Of a DNA stretch of 64,000 nucleotides, positions 27,111 through 40,809 are shown piece after piece; the stretch's first letter is position 1; every line of letters begins with the position of its first letter. The translations under genes and the position numbers were made by a program. The DNA is taken from assembly GCA_013239625.1 (NCBI GenBank), contig MU056050.1, positions 6,897,838 through 6,961,837 on the forward strand. The letters run 5' to 3'. The DNA comes from Lama guanicoe. Its lineage: Eukaryota. A model generated the notes under the pieces. It was not told the origin of the DNA, did not search any database, and was given only the letters and a program-made list of their open reading frames with translations.

Positions 27111-27699
27111 CTAATTTTCACAATGAGGGAAACAAATCTTATTTTTTAATACATTTTTTTGCAATACATAGTATGATATTTAAAGATGTACTTTAACAAT
27201 TCTAATAGCAATTACTGAACTGGTATTTGTAGTCGGTACATGGTAACAAAAGTATGAAACTCAGAACTCAATCTCTAAAGCCTTAACTAGTAAAATTAAG
27301 CTAGTTAGATAGATAGCGGATGACAGCAGTTATTTACAGTGACCAATAAATTTTAGGAACAATCAAATCCAATCAAAGTTTCAGTTTTACGACTAGAATG
27401 ATTATATCCATGAAAAAAAGATTGTATCTCATTATTATCTGAAAAAAACTCTACAAACTTATATATTAAGAAAAAGGAGATAAACTGAGAATAAGAAGCA
27501 ACAGGTGAGAGATATACTAGAAAAACTGAAGCAGATTCAGGGATACTAGGCACAGGGCAAAGCAGGGATGAGGTACTGGAATGAAAATAGGGTAATTAAG
27601 TGAGGCTTATTCCATCCCAGAGCAGATTAAACATTTCTCACCTGAAGAAACTAAGTAAAGAACATACTGTGGATACTACCAGCCTACAAGTGCTGACCA

Positions 27700-28633
27700 A
27701 TCACACAGAGCTACGAGGAAGCATTTTAGTGCCTCATTCTTAAATCTGGATAGACAACCAATGAACACCAGAAATATGACTAAAATCTCCAACGTGAAAG
27801 ACCAAAGCAATAAAACAGATCAAAAGATACTAAAGAAAACAGAGATAATACAGAGGATAGGAGAAAATATTAGGGAATGTAATTAGCATTTTTAAGAGAT
27901 AAGAAAAGAATGTTATAAAAAGTAATATTCAGAAACAAAAAGATTAAAAATAAACTAGCCAAAATTCAGTAAAGAAAAATCAAAAGCCAAAATTGAGTAA
28001 ATGTCTCACAAGTGGGACTAAAAGACAAAAAATACACACATACTAAATAGAAATTTTTAGAAAATCAATTTCAAAGGTACAACACACATAATAAAAGTCT
28101 GAGAAAAAGGACAGGGGATATAATCAAAGAAAAATTCCTAGTTCTAAAGGACACAAATCTCCATATTGTTAAGGGCCCACCAGCACCTAGCACAATGATC
28201 AAGAAAAAAACCTACAATAGAAGGACATATCATGAAATTTCAGAATGCTGGAGATAAAGAGAATATTCCAAAATCTTGAGAGAGAGAAGAAAGTTTGAAT
28301 AATGCTTTCAAAAGTCTTAGTAAAAATAATTTTCAATTTAGAATTCTATACCCAGTCAAGATTTTTGTCAAGCATGAAGTTACATAATCTTTCATCAAGA
28401 ATAAAGACCAGCAACATGACACAAAATTTACCTGCCATTCATTCTTTCTTTCTTAGGAAGAATCCATCAAAATATGAGACTTAAGGAGAAAGACACAGAA
28501 TGCAGAAAATATGACATTCAACACAATATAAAGACAAAGGAAAGTCCCAGGACAATTGCTGTTCAACAGGTCCAGAGAGCAATCAGCCAGAGTGGAGCAG
28601 AACATTACTCCCAGGAGGAATGTCTCCAAGAAA

Positions 28634-28668
<35 letters not shown>

Positions 28669-29290
28669 ATTAAAAATTAAATTGTTAGGTTATCTGGCAA
28701 GTTCTACCATGTAGAAAATAAAGTTAAAAGGCTACAGCAGGGTGTGAGAAGACTTGGCTACAGATTTTAATTAAGTTTAAAAAACCAAAAAATTTAAATT
28801 GTTGGCTATATTAAAAAAAGAGAAAAAGGAAATGTATCCATAACATATCATTATCATCTTACTATGCTCATCAGCAAAGAATGTTTATTGGTCATTGTCA
28901 TAAAAACATGAAATATGATTTACCAAAAAACTGAGATATAACTATATTGGGAGATGCTTGGGGGGGAGTAGTAAGTGTAAGAAAACTAAAATCTTCATAT
29001 TTCTTGATGGAAAAATCATTAGATAATGGCAAAATATTGATGATTAAAGAGACAGCAGTATGTGTCTAAAAATTTAGAAACATGAAAGTCATCAGCAAAA
29101 CAGCGAAACTATTGAAAGTGGATGCCTTGAAAAAACAGGGAGTACCTGAGCCCCAAACACATGCACACCCCTCTCACTTGTTCTCTCACTCTTCAAGAAT
29201 CTGTGGTTATACAACTTACAACTTTCTGATTCCTTGTCTTTTTAAAATTATGCATGTATTATTTCTAAAAAGCACTCAAATTAAAATAAT
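27700..29290 (+). mobile_element. Degenerate L1 ORF1-like/HAL1-like element
   Basis: A-rich; aagggcccaccagcacctagcacaatg...catgaaatttcagaatgctggagataaagagaa...agaattctatacccag. Confidence 0.55.
28636..28664. repeat. (CA)14 microsatellite
   Basis: Direct reading. Confidence 0.95.
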
Positions 29291-30977
29291 AGCAATCAGG
29301 ATGGATACAAGTGGCATTAGATATATGGAGTGAGATGTGGATGGGGGAACAACTTAAAAAAAATAAAAACAAAACAAAATATAACTGTAGGGTTCTGGCT
29401 TAGACAATGGTATCTTTTTTATTAGACAATGGTATTTAAAAGTTATCTTTTAAATGAAGTAATTTCTAAAGGTAATTTTACTAGATTAAAACAATGTCAT
29501 TTCTACTTTTGGCTCAAAATTAAAATGTACTATGTGAAAACAATGATTTGAGGATGGTACACAAATGAAACACCTTGTCAAATTGGTACCATTCTCTAAT
29601 ACATTTTTAAAATTTAATTTCCCCTTCCATACAGGTATGCCAAATTATTTCTTGCCATAATGTTGTTTAATGCTTAGTAGTTCACCTACCATAAAACAAA
29701 AGAAAAAACCTTCCCACCCTGCCAAATGTAACCAATTTTATGAACTTACCCCTTTCTTTTATAAACCTTACTTTAAAAAGTATATACAGAATGCTCTAAG
29801 TGAAATAATTAAGAGTGTAATTCATAGTTTAGCATTTGCATATTCTTGAAAATGCCATCTTCATTGTGTCCCTCAGAGCCCTTATTTGTACCACTTCCAT
29901 CTAAAATACTCTTTCTTCTTACCTTATATTGTCCATATAACTCAAATATAGTAGAAAGAGCATGAATTTGACATCAAATTGAATAGTTCAAATCTTCACT
30001 GCACCATTTCTAATCATGTGACTCTGGAGAAATGACTTCAATCTGTTTTCTCACCTTAACATGAGTATAATATCTACCTAACAGAAGTAGTAATGTACAT
30101 TTAGGGAAAAGCTATATGAAGTGTCTAATTTCAAGCAATAGTCAACAAAATATTAATTCTCTGCTCTTTCCCAACTCTTGGTACAATTATAACTTCCTCA
30201 GTAAACCATCAGACTCTGTTTTTCTTCCACCTCTTACTACACTGATAGCCTATGCCAGGCAATTCAAAATACATTATGTATGATCTCAAACTGCTCATTA
30301 TTTCTTAATGAGTCTTAACTGTACATGTCTAACTCCAACTTAGGCTCCTTGAGAGTAAAGAACATATTTTCTTCTTTCCTTGCATTTCCTCCTACACACA
30401 GTAGTCTACTGGATGTGGAGTAGGCACTTAACATGGTAATCTAAGAGCTAAGAAACTAGGCAAAGTCAGGCAATGCCAAATTTTTAAAAATGAGACAGAC
30501 TCATGTATACTGATAATTTAAAAAAACTTTATATCTAGGTTAATATCACGTTCTTGGTACCATGTTGACACATAGGTCTTCCTCATTCTTCTTAACTAGG
30601 TACTGACACTGTCAATATATTCAAGATAGACTGTTGACTAAAAAATTTTAAAAGGCACATATAGCATATAGTATGATCTTATTTAGAAAGAGTTTTTCTT
30701 TTGTCTCTGCATAGAAAAAAGTTTGTAATTATGTATACCAAACCAATAACAGTAGTTATTTCTGGAGATGAAGAAGAAACACTTCATTTCTACTTTACTG
30801 ACATTTTTATTGTATGTATTTCTTTTTTACTATGAGCATGTATTACTTTAATAAATTTAAGTATTTCTGTGTGTTTTTTAATGTGCCCACTTCTGTCTCT
30901 CTCATCTTTTCTCAAGAAGCAAGCTTATCAGTAAAAGAGCCACGCATACTAGTATCACTTGCAGCAGCAATACTTAC

Positions 30978-31008
30978 TTTTTGGTTGAAAAGGGTTGTCG
31001 TCGTCCAT
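30978..31008 (-). CDS. ZNF280C: ZNF280C exon 2 coding part (ATG at 31008; exon 30978..31024)
   Basis: gcctag|GTGACTCTGCAACTTG ATG GAC GAC GAC AAC CCT TTT CAA CCA AAA A|gtaagt = MDDDNPFQPK. Confidence 0.92.
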
Positions 31009-33044
31009 CAAGTTGCAGAGTCACCTAGGCATTAACACATGGCATCAATCAATTTTATGAGTCACTCTAAGTAACATCAAATATTGAAACATGATACTTG
31101 GAATTCAGAAATCTTTGGGTCTAATTTCGACCTCCAGAAACTCACCATGTGACTCCAGACAAGGTAGCAAGTTAGGTTTTAGTTTTCTACCCTATAAAAT
31201 AAAGATACTTAGTATTAGGATGGATTTGTTAAAGTAAATGTATACACATTAAATATTTTTCTCTACAAAAAGCTTATCTTTCGAGTTTGTTATGTTTGAT
31301 ATACACATGCTACCCACTTTCCATAATTGTTTCACTCCTGAATGAATGCAAATTTGATAATAAAATGCTGAATGTATTATTTACCTGAAGAAATCTGATG
31401 AATTATTAAATTACAAATAATTTTTAAAAGGCACCCTTTTGTAAAAAATGAGTAATCACCCTGAAATATATGCTTTAGTAAATCTGAATTTTGAAATGCT
31501 AAGTAACATTAATCTTTAACTGTTATTCTTCACATTTCAGAAATAATATTATGAAAAACACACTCAAAGAAATTTTTAGGGTTTTTTTTTTTGGTTTCTT
31601 ACCAATGCTAACTGAAAGGAACACAAAATTAGTTGGATACATTTTATCATAGATTAATTCATTAAAAAATTACTCATTGACTTCTGTGTTTAATGTAATG
31701 TGTTCAGTTTTAGGAAAAAATTAAGATGACTAAGTCATAGTTCTTATCTTTATAAGTTTACAATCTAATGTCTCTGTTTCTTTGGGCTTTTTAAAAAGTT
31801 GTTACATTAAATATTTCCCCCCCAAAATTTAAATTGCTTTTTTTAAAACAAGAATTTCTGTTCTGAATTCTCATGCACATACCGTATTCTTTACATTAAA
31901 GATAAACATGCTTAAAAAACTATTTCAGCTATTTAAAAAAGTTAAAACTTAGACATCAATAATCTAAAGTATTAAGATAAACAGCTCTGAGTCTCCACAT
32001 TTGTCTTTATCCTCAGACTGGCACAAGCTATCTTGCTTTTTTCAATTTCAAATCATTTAGACTGAATTAGACCAAAGGAAAAAAAACTACTCTAACTGCA
32101 GAAAAAAATTATTGTTATAAATGTTTGAATTACTATTACAAGAATCTCTAGTGAATTCTGTACTTAAGTAAATTTCCCTAGTTCTGAGGTTTGGCTATTG
32201 AAACCTCTGCACTCAACTATTTAAATAGTTATTGCTTGTCCCTAAATTAGAATTAAGGTAATGCATATGTCAGGTAGATAAATACATGACAATTCTTGCT
32301 CAGCATTAAGGACCTACTGTTCCCAAGAATACAGAACTTTTTCAAGAGTCACAACTGGACAGTTCTATGAGACTCATATAGAACACTTGCATTAAATGAT
32401 CATATAAAATATCTATTGGTACAAATACCCTAAATTAATACTAAATGTACAAGTAGTCTATATAAACAAGTCATATCCACTGCCCATGGCTACAGAGATA
32501 GCTTTTGAGGTTGACAGCAGCCACCAAGATGCCTCAATTAGTACATCCATAAATACTCTATGCCATTAGAATCATAACTTCAGTCTAAATGTGTACTATC
32601 CAATAAGGTAGTTGAGCCCCTCAAAACTACCTCAGAGTTTTGGTGGCAAGGCAAGGAATTCTATGGGAAATTAAGTCATCTGTCAGAGAAATGGAATATC
32701 TAGCAAACTATGCAGGAGTATCTTTGAGTTCCTCTAATAGCAATTCCAAAGGGTTTCTAGGTTCTGCAACTTGGAATTGGCACCAAAATAAGCAGAAAAG
32801 AAAAGAACTATTAACTTAGGTAGAGACACTATGCCCATATTTATACATAGACACTGGTCCTATGGGGAAAAATGAATTCCGAGTGAGTAATGAAAGGCCT
32901 CTTGGAGCACAACCCATTCAGTTTTTAGAGACTACATGAATAATTATAATTACCATTTATATATTTTTTTATTTAAGCTTTTATACAAATAAAATTGAAC
33001 TACCTTTTAAGAGTTAATTCTACAGATTTTAAAAAATTGTGGAT

Positions 33045-33826
33045 TATAATAGTTAAAATGGTAAATTTTACATTATGTATATTTTACCACAAGATAAAAT
33101 ATTGTTAAAATTAATAGATGCCATTTCATACCCAATAAGATGCTTTTAACTAAAAAGACAGATAATAACAAGCGTCAGCAATTATATGGAGAAATTGGAA
33201 CCCCTCATACACTGCTGGTAGGAATATAAGATGGAGCAGTTACTGCAGAAAACACTTTGGCAGTTCTTCACTAAATTAGACGTAAAGTTACCATATGACC
33301 CAGCAATTCCACTCCTAGCAAGAGGGAATTGAAAACATATATCCACACAAAAACTTGTAAATGAATATTCATAGCAGTATTATTGATAACAGCAAAAAAA
33401 GAAGCAAACAACTCAAATGCCTGATTGATTAAAAAGAAATGTCATATACCTATAAAATGGAATAATATTATCATAACAAGGAATGGAGTACACATACATA
33501 CTACAAAATGGATGGATGGACCTTGAGAACATTATACTAAGTGAAAGAAGCCAGTCAAAAAAGCCATGTCATTTATACAAAATGTCCAGAAATGGCAAAT
33601 CCATAAAGGCACAAAGCAGAGTAGTGATTGCTTAGGACTGGGAGGGTTGGGGGAAAATGGGGAGTGACTCCTGATGGCTATGGGGTTTCTTTTTGGGGTG
33701 ATAAAATGTTTTAAAATTGATTGTGGTGATGGTTGTACAAGACTGTGAATGTACTAAAATTACTGAATTGTACACTTCAAATGGGTGAATTGTATGTTAT
33801 GTGAATTACAGCTCAATAAAGCTGTT
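33045..33826 (+). mobile_element. L1MB-like 3' fragment(s)
   Basis: ggaaccctcatacactgctgg...ccatatgacccagcaattccactcc...gtgaattacagctcaataaagctgtt. Confidence 0.85.
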
Positions 33827-34334
33827 AAGCATATAATAAGCTGGTAAGAAATAAGCCTGGCAGTGATGAAAATCACTATGTGGAGAAAGATGACCTAAGA
33901 AAGAAGCCAACAAAGAGAACAGCAAAGCCCTAAGATTCTGGGGTAGAGAAAAAGAGGGTAAGAGAGGGAGACATTTAAGTTCTGATGATACCATTTAAAC
34001 TCCTAAAGCTAGCCATGCTTGAAGCAAATTAACTACTAAAACTTTTCAGTTAAGAGAGGGAATAACTGTTCATTTCTGGTTAAACTACTATGAGTTAGGT
34101 TTCTGGTACTTACATTTCAGAGTAATAATATACTTTCTTATGGCTTACACTAACATTTTTTAAATTAACAGACCTCTGGGAAAATAGTTATATTCCAGAT
34201 GGTACAAGAAAGCTCTAAAACAATATATTGTTTTGCTGTCTACCTAAAAAATTAACATAAGCATACTCTGAGGATCATCTGAATGACTATCTTATAACTA
34301 AATTCAGTCACATAATTTCAGTACTCATGCTTTT

Positions 34335-34975
34335 TAAAAATTGAGATATAACTGACATATAACATATTAGTTTCAGGTGTACAACATAAATGATTTAATA
34401 TATGTATATACTACAAAATGATCACTACAGTAAATCTAGCTAACATCCATCACCACATATAGTTACAATTTTTTCTTGTGATGATAACTTTTAAGATTTA
34501 TTCTCTTTGCAACTTTCAAATATACAATATAATCTTTTTCTCATTCTTATTTTTATTGAAATGTAGTCGATTTACAGTGTTAGTTTCAGGTATACAGCAA
34601 AGTGATTCAGTCATACATATTATAATATAGTCTTATTAACTGTAGTCACCACTCTATACATATACAGGACTTCTGTATTTTATAACTGGAAGTTTGTACC
34701 TTTTGACCACCTTCACCCAATTCCCCATCCACCCCCTCACAACCAGCAATCTGTTCTCTGTATCTATGCATTGTCTGCTTTTTTTTTTTTTAAAGATCAC
34801 ATACAAGTGAGGTCATATGATCTTTGTCTTTCTCTGTTTTAGCATAATGCCCCAAAGATCCATCCATGTTGTCACAAATGGCAGGATTTCCTTCTTATTT
34901 TATGGCTGAATAATATTCTACATTTTCTTTATTTGTTCATCAAACAATGGACACTTAAGTGGAATTGTTAGATCA
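34335..34975 (-). mobile_element. L1 3' end (antisense) with a short nested L1 piece at ~34535-34620
   Basis: ttgagatataactgacatataacatattagtttcaggtgtacaac...catccatgttgtcacaaatggcaggatttcc. Confidence 0.8.
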
Positions 34976-36119
34976 TATCAGTACTCATGTTTTTGCCTGT
35001 ATTTACTATTGTATCATCATTAAATACTATCACTTTTACTCCTGCAGGCTAATAGTAAGAGAACAGAGGGTGATAATGTCTAAATGATGCATCTGCACTA
35101 AATAAAAGGGAAATGACAGTATATATGGTTAGCTATAGAAATGAAAGTATTGTAAAGGTTCAAATAGAAAAATCTTGCTAGTTTTGATAGGTATGAATCA
35201 TAGGTATGAAAAACTCAAGAAAAGTACTCAGTAACTTTGTTTCACCAAAATATATTATTCAATGTATTAAAGTTGATTCAAATAGCATTGATGGTACAGT
35301 TTTAATTATTTTGTTTTATGATTGCATAAGAATTCTAAGAATACTTCAACATTTTAAGTAAGAGGCTGTCTGTGAAAATGTTTTTCTTATAATAGGAATT
35401 AATTGGTACAGTACTCAAATCCTTGGTTTCTTAGACAATTTCACTGGCACCTAAACAATTCAAACTCTCTAACCAGGTTTTGGGAACAAATCACATATAA
35501 TTTAGAAGGAAAATATAGGCTCATCATCTTTTCTTTGTCCAAGAAGTTTTTATATTGTGGGAATTATTTTTTGAAATCCTGAACACATGAAGTCCAGGTA
35601 CATTCTGAGCAGATATTTCTTTAATAACTTTACTATTCCCCCTTAATTTCCTTGAGTTTTCAACTTTTGTCTCTGTTAACTTTCATACTTCATCTATTTA
35701 TAGAAAATAGCTAGTTGACATTTAGATTAAAAATTCATTAGCATATACTTTGCAAAGACTGTCTATATATTTAAAACACTTTAAAGTGAGTTTTTGGGAG
35801 GGACCACCATTATAATAAAATTTGCTTTCTGCAAAGTAATTTTTATATTCAGAGTAAAGACTTTATCTATAAGAAGATGATTTTATTGTAATTCATATGT
35901 AAAATATATAACCTGGAGAAAATACTAATGCATAACTGGCCTTTCAAAGCCAAACTATATAATAAATATTTTATATAAGTTTCATAAGATATTCCATAAT
36001 CACTAATTCCTGAAGTTACCTCAGGAAAAATGTATTATTAATTAATTCACATTTTATAGGAGTAAAGCTCATCCACTAGGGAAAATATCAAGTGAAAATG
36101 TGGAGCCCAATTATGGGAA

Positions 36120-36310
36120 CACTGGACATAAGGGCTGAGTAACTGAGTCAGGATTTGGAGCCTACCACTTTCTGGTTGCCAAACCTATAGAATGTTTACT
36201 TCACCTCTTTGAACTTAGTCTTTCTATCTGTAAAATGAAAACAGTAATACCTTCCTTGCAGCACTACTGGAGGATTAAAAAAAGCACATGAAAAATTACT
36301 GTACAGTACT
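36120..36310 (+). mobile_element. MIR SINE
   Basis: ttacttcacctctttgaacttagtctttctatctgtaaaatg. Confidence 0.6.
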
Positions 36311-36449
36311 TTGTATTATTTTGCTCAACTTTTCTTCTTTACTGAAAGTCATACTACAAGTTGATGAATATAAGCACTAAAAAGAAAATAAAATTCTAGT
36401 CTGTGTATAGAACTGTTAAAAATATTGCCACAAATAAAGTACACCAGAT

Positions 36450-36765
36450 CAGTAGTTCTCAAACTCTTTGGTCTCAGAATCACTTTTCATTCTTAAAACT
36501 TACTGAGGAAGTCAGTGAGCTTTTTGTGTATGTGGATTATAGCTACTGATATTTACCATATTAAAAATTGAAATTTAGAAAAATTAAATATATATTAACT
36601 TATTTAAAGTAATAATAACCCCATTATATGCTCATATAAATATATTTTTTAAAAAATAACTTTTTAAAACCAAAAGTTTAATGAAAAGAGTGGCACTGAT
36701 TTACATTTTTGCAAATGTCTTTAAAATCTGTCTTAATAAAAGACAACTGGATTCTTTTATCAGCT
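36450..36765 (+). mobile_element. Charlie1-like 5' terminal fragment
   Basis: cagtagttctcaaactctttggtctcagaa...aatgaaaagagtggcactgatttacatttttgcaaat. Confidence 0.7.
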
Positions 36766-38739
36766 ATTTTTTGTTTTTCTAAGTATATACAAAGAAGTAG
36801 ATCAAGTCTAAATCCTTAAATATCTAATAAATAAAATTGGTTTCACTATTTCTTTATTCTTATGTAAATTATTTCTCCTTAAAAGAAAACTGCTTTGCAA
36901 GAAATGAATTACAAAAGTCTAGACACATTTTTGATACAAATTACTGAGTAAACCAAGTCTTCTTCAGTCATTATTTAAAACAACCCAACTGAAAATCAAG
37001 TATTTTTAAGCCCTTCTCTGAAGCAGAAAGAAAGAAAACATATTCAGGGTTATATATTTAACCAGCTAATATGTCATAAATATTTCTGATCTTTGAAAAG
37101 TTACTTTTGAAATAACAAAATATATCTTCAATATAAATTTCCAATATTCTGTCACTAAAACTATGGATTACTTTATATTTACAAAAATTGCTATTCATTT
37201 AGGTATCTCCCCTGTCCAATTAGTATAACAAGAGCAACAACAAAAAAATTACGGATGGCTCCACATCCTCTTGAATAAAGAAAACAAACTGCAGAGACAA
37301 AGAGGTACAGAATTATTTATCCCTTTCCCTTTATTCTCCTCTTCTGCTAAAAAAGTTGATGCTGAGACATAAATTTCAGCTGGGCTGAAGAAATCAGAGT
37401 GGACTAGAAAACATAATTGGGGAAAATGGGTTGAATAAGGGAAGCTGAAATTTGGAGTGTTTCAACATAGAACTTTTTTCATCTTTTCAACATGCTTGGA
37501 AAAAATAACAATATTATTTAAATACTAAAAAAATGAAAAGATATTAAGTCTTAAAAATATTAAATATAAAGGAAAAGAAAATTGAAAAATATTTCTTATA
37601 TATTTTAGGTGAGTCTCCTTGCTTACTCTCCTTGACCATCCCACTCTCATAGAACATGGAACATAATACAGTGAACTGAGCATTTGGTGAGGAGTCACAA
37701 GACCTAGGTTCAAGAATTGATTCTATTACTCTTAGCCACAAGTTTTCTCCTTAAGGCTGTTTCCTCACCTTCTAAACAGTTCTGTCAACACTCCACCACC
37801 CACCTCAAAACAGGTAGATAGCAATGAAATATATAAAATAAAAGATAACAACTGCAGTGGGATTTGCACTAACGTTAAAACATCTAGGGCACATAGCCTT
37901 AATTTTTATAAGCAAATTAATGTCTTCATAAGCTCAGTAAAGTTTCTGCTTATGGAGACAGTTTGAGTTTTCACTGTAGCCGCGCCCCGCTCCCCCCGCC
38001 CCCCCAAAGCAGGATACATCACAAATGCTAAGACGAGAGTTTTGTAGTTTAAAACTCTACTTCTTGGTTTTAATCTTATGTTTAATGGCACCAAAAGACA
38101 TTAGAAATCACCGTTTAAACCTGAAAATAATAAAGGCAAATTTTAAGTTCACAGATTTTTTTTTAAAAAACTAAAAAATCTTTCCAAACAAAGAGAACTC
38201 CTTCTATGAAGATCTCCTGTGCTTGCAGAAGCTGGTTCACTTGACATTTTCTTCTCTCATTTCTCCTTTCAAAAAAGCATTAAAACTTTAGATAAGTCAA
38301 GAGGAACTCCCCCGGTGTCTAGAGAAGGATAAAACCTCAAAATGAGATAATTTTTTCCGTCTCATTAAGTAAAACCCGCAAAGATCAGTGTTAAAAAATT
38401 GTGTCTCTTAACTACACATTTCTCCTCAGGGCTCTTCTCCTCTAAACAATAACGGAACGGAGCACGGTTTCTATGACGGAGGAGCGAAGTCCCTTTGGCA
38501 AGAACAAGGGTGTAAGCATTGAATGGCCAGTAACCTGGGTGGGGGACCTGGATAGAAAGGAGGCCCCTGAGGCCAGAAAGTTCGGGACCCTCTCTGGTCT
38601 CTATTCCCCTGACTGAAGAGACTTAGGGGTGGGCGGGTCTCGTCAAATATAGGCATCGTATGTACAAAAGACCAAAGGGAGTTGCCTCCAGAAAAAAAAG
38701 CCGAAACCAGACTGGGACAGACAGACACATAGGCCGCGG

Positions 38740-39460
38740 AAGGTGAGGGGGTAGCCGCGGCTCTCGGGCGGCCCCCGGGGGCCTAAAAAGCGGCGGCCAG
38801 GCCAAACCGCCAAGCAGCTACCTAAGGAGATGCCTCCCCCGCGACTAGCGCAAGATGGTGGCCCACCCGCCACCGCGCCGCCAAGTCCGTCCCCTCCCCC
38901 GCGCTCGGGGCCATCCCGGCGACCCACGCCACTATCCGGACCCTCGACCTGCACTCCTCAGGGCCGCGGCACCTCAGCGCCCTCAGAGCAAGGCGGCCAC
39001 CGCCTCCCGGGAGAGGCCCTACACGCTTCCGCGCGGCGCAGGCGGGGGCGGGGGACACTTACCGCGAGCGGAGCAGGTCGGCCTGACTGGGACTCGGAGG
39101 AGGAGAAAGAGGAGGAGGAAAGGGAGGAGCGCGAAAACATTAAGCGGAGGCCTCAGGCGTAGCGACCGCCTGGGCGACTCTCCGCGCGGAATGAGCGCCT
39201 CAGAACACGGCAGAAGTATATATCTACGCGCGATGCCTCATGGGTAGACGCCAGCTTCTCCTCCCGCCCCCCCCCAAACATCCGGGTTTCTTTTCTAACT
39301 GACTCGGGAGGGCGGGCGCGGACATGTGCGCGGACTTACATATTCTCGAAGGCAACGGCACTTTGGCCGTGGGTGTTGGTTTGTGGGCCACTTGCGGCTG
39401 GCCAGGGCGAGGGCTCGGCGGTGATGCCAATCTTAGCGAGCCCACTGTCGAACCCTGGTT
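38740..39460. promoter_or_regulatory. CpG island promoter of ZNF280C
   Basis: Dense CpG and high GC; GC boxes (ggcgggggcgggg ~39041, gggagggcgggcg ~39306); YY1-like caagatggtggc at 38851. Confidence 0.9.
39063..39170 (-). other. ZNF280C: ZNF280C non-coding exon 1 (TSS approximate)
   Basis: Near-consensus donor GCG|gtaagt at 39062 inside the CpG island; pyrimidine-rich (TCC)n 5'UTR. The 5' boundary cannot be determined from sequence. Confidence 0.7.
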
Positions 39461-40131
39461 GCAGTCCCGACATCAGGGATGCGTATAATATCTGAGTACA
39501 GGGAAACGTGAATTCTGGGTCCTCCCAGTATGTAATGGCTAGAGGCACCAATTTAAAAAAAACTACCAGAGAGGTGAAGACACAAACCGATGAGTAAAAG
39601 AAATAAAAGTCAGGGTATTTAAATATTTGGTTAATTTCACTAAATTTGTTGTAAGAGTATGATTTCGTTCGCATCTGTTACTCCTGTCATATAGATGTCC
39701 ATAATAGTTATTAAAATGTTAAGAAAAAATACATTTACAGGAGAAACATTTGCCACGAAACTGCTTGCAAAAGCAGTTTCTAAACAATGTGTTCTAAACA
39801 GTATAGAAAATCTCCTCTCCAAATTTTCCTCACGAGATCTGTGGCACTAGTGGTCCTCCTCTCAAGAGTTACCGAGACTTAAAACCTTGCCTCAGTAGTT
39901 CCTTAACACACACGTAAGTTCAGTCACTGAACTGTATCAATTCTTCTATCTGAGCTAGCTGCTTCTTTCTTACCTATACCGTTCTTTGCTACTGGCCCTG
40001 AAAATAAACTTTACAAGAACAGCCAGAGAATAATCAAAATCACAAACATAGAAAGTTTAAAATGTCAAAATCTTTATTCATAGATTGTCCCCCACTTTCG
40101 GGCAGGCTGATAAGAAAGCCCAGCGCTCTCT

Positions 40132-40282
40132 CCTTTGCTGTCAGTGGGAAATTTAAAATTAGCTAATTTACAGTCCTGGCGCCTTTGCCCTCGGCGCAGG
40201 TAGGAAGTTTCAACTGGCAGTTCTCCAGCCCGCCTGTTCCTTTGGCGCAGGCGGGAAATTTAAAATTTGCGACCCTACAGTC
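40132..40282 (+). promoter_or_regulatory. Triplicated E2F/CHR-like element about 1 kb upstream of ZNF280C
   Basis: TTTGGCGC 40241-40248, GGCGGGAAA 40250-40258, TTTAAA 40259-40264; related units at 40132 and ~40188. Confidence 0.55.
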
Positions 40283-40809
40283 AATGAGGGGACTCCCTCA
40301 TCCTCTGTTTCAAGCCAGCCCTGACCATATTGTTCCCCCTGCTCTCCCTAGGGGTCCCTCGAGTAATACAATTTCTCTCAAATTCTGTGTATAGTGTAAT
40401 GAGCCTGCACATCTGAACTAAAATTAGGAGGAAAGAGTCAACCTGCCTCAGAGGGATAACCAGAAATCGTTTATAAATCAAACCAAAATTCCAATTCAAT
40501 TTATTATTTTTTCATTAAAAATATAATGGCCAAGAAGACCGGAAAACTCTGGTCAGCAAATTTTCTCTCAAAAGGAAATGTACACTAGAAGCCAAATTAT
40601 AGTAAAAAGGATGCCTTGTGAGAATGGAATCAGCACGTGGGAAATTGTTTGGATGATTTTGACCACTCTATCCTTAAAACTTCTCAAGCTTTTGAAAAAT
40701 CACCTTCTTAGTTCTCTTAACTAACTGGCCACGTGTCCCCCAACTCCCACCCCAGGACTGCCATTAATCAAGATTTACTACTGTACAGCCTTTTGGGGGG
40801 CATTTTAAA

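Larger units (their letters stand above)
574..39170 (-). other. ZNF280C: ZNF280C gene span in window (exon 1 to exon 15; 3' end lies beyond window start)
   Basis: Spliced translation begins MDDDNPFQPKSNSKMAELFMECEEEELEPWQKKVEEIQDEDDDELIF. It contains [31 protein letters not shown] and SYKQKKQRNRKNKISIALKNLRCRRGVHKCIECHSKIKDFASHFSIY, which match ZNF280C rather than ZNF280D as I recall them. All 14 coding exons join in phase. Confidence 0.93.

Noticed and set aside
574..31008. Calling the gene ZNF280D because of the TCF12-like neighbour
   Set aside because: Diagnostic residues (MDDD start, DEDDDELIF, RQYPTP, KVSKMATPYMNH, ECHSKIKDFASHFSIY) follow ZNF280C.
38471..39674. Overlapping Pro/Arg/Gly-rich ORFs in the promoter island
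   Set aside because: Expected by-product of GC-rich, stop-poor sequence; no recognisable domains.
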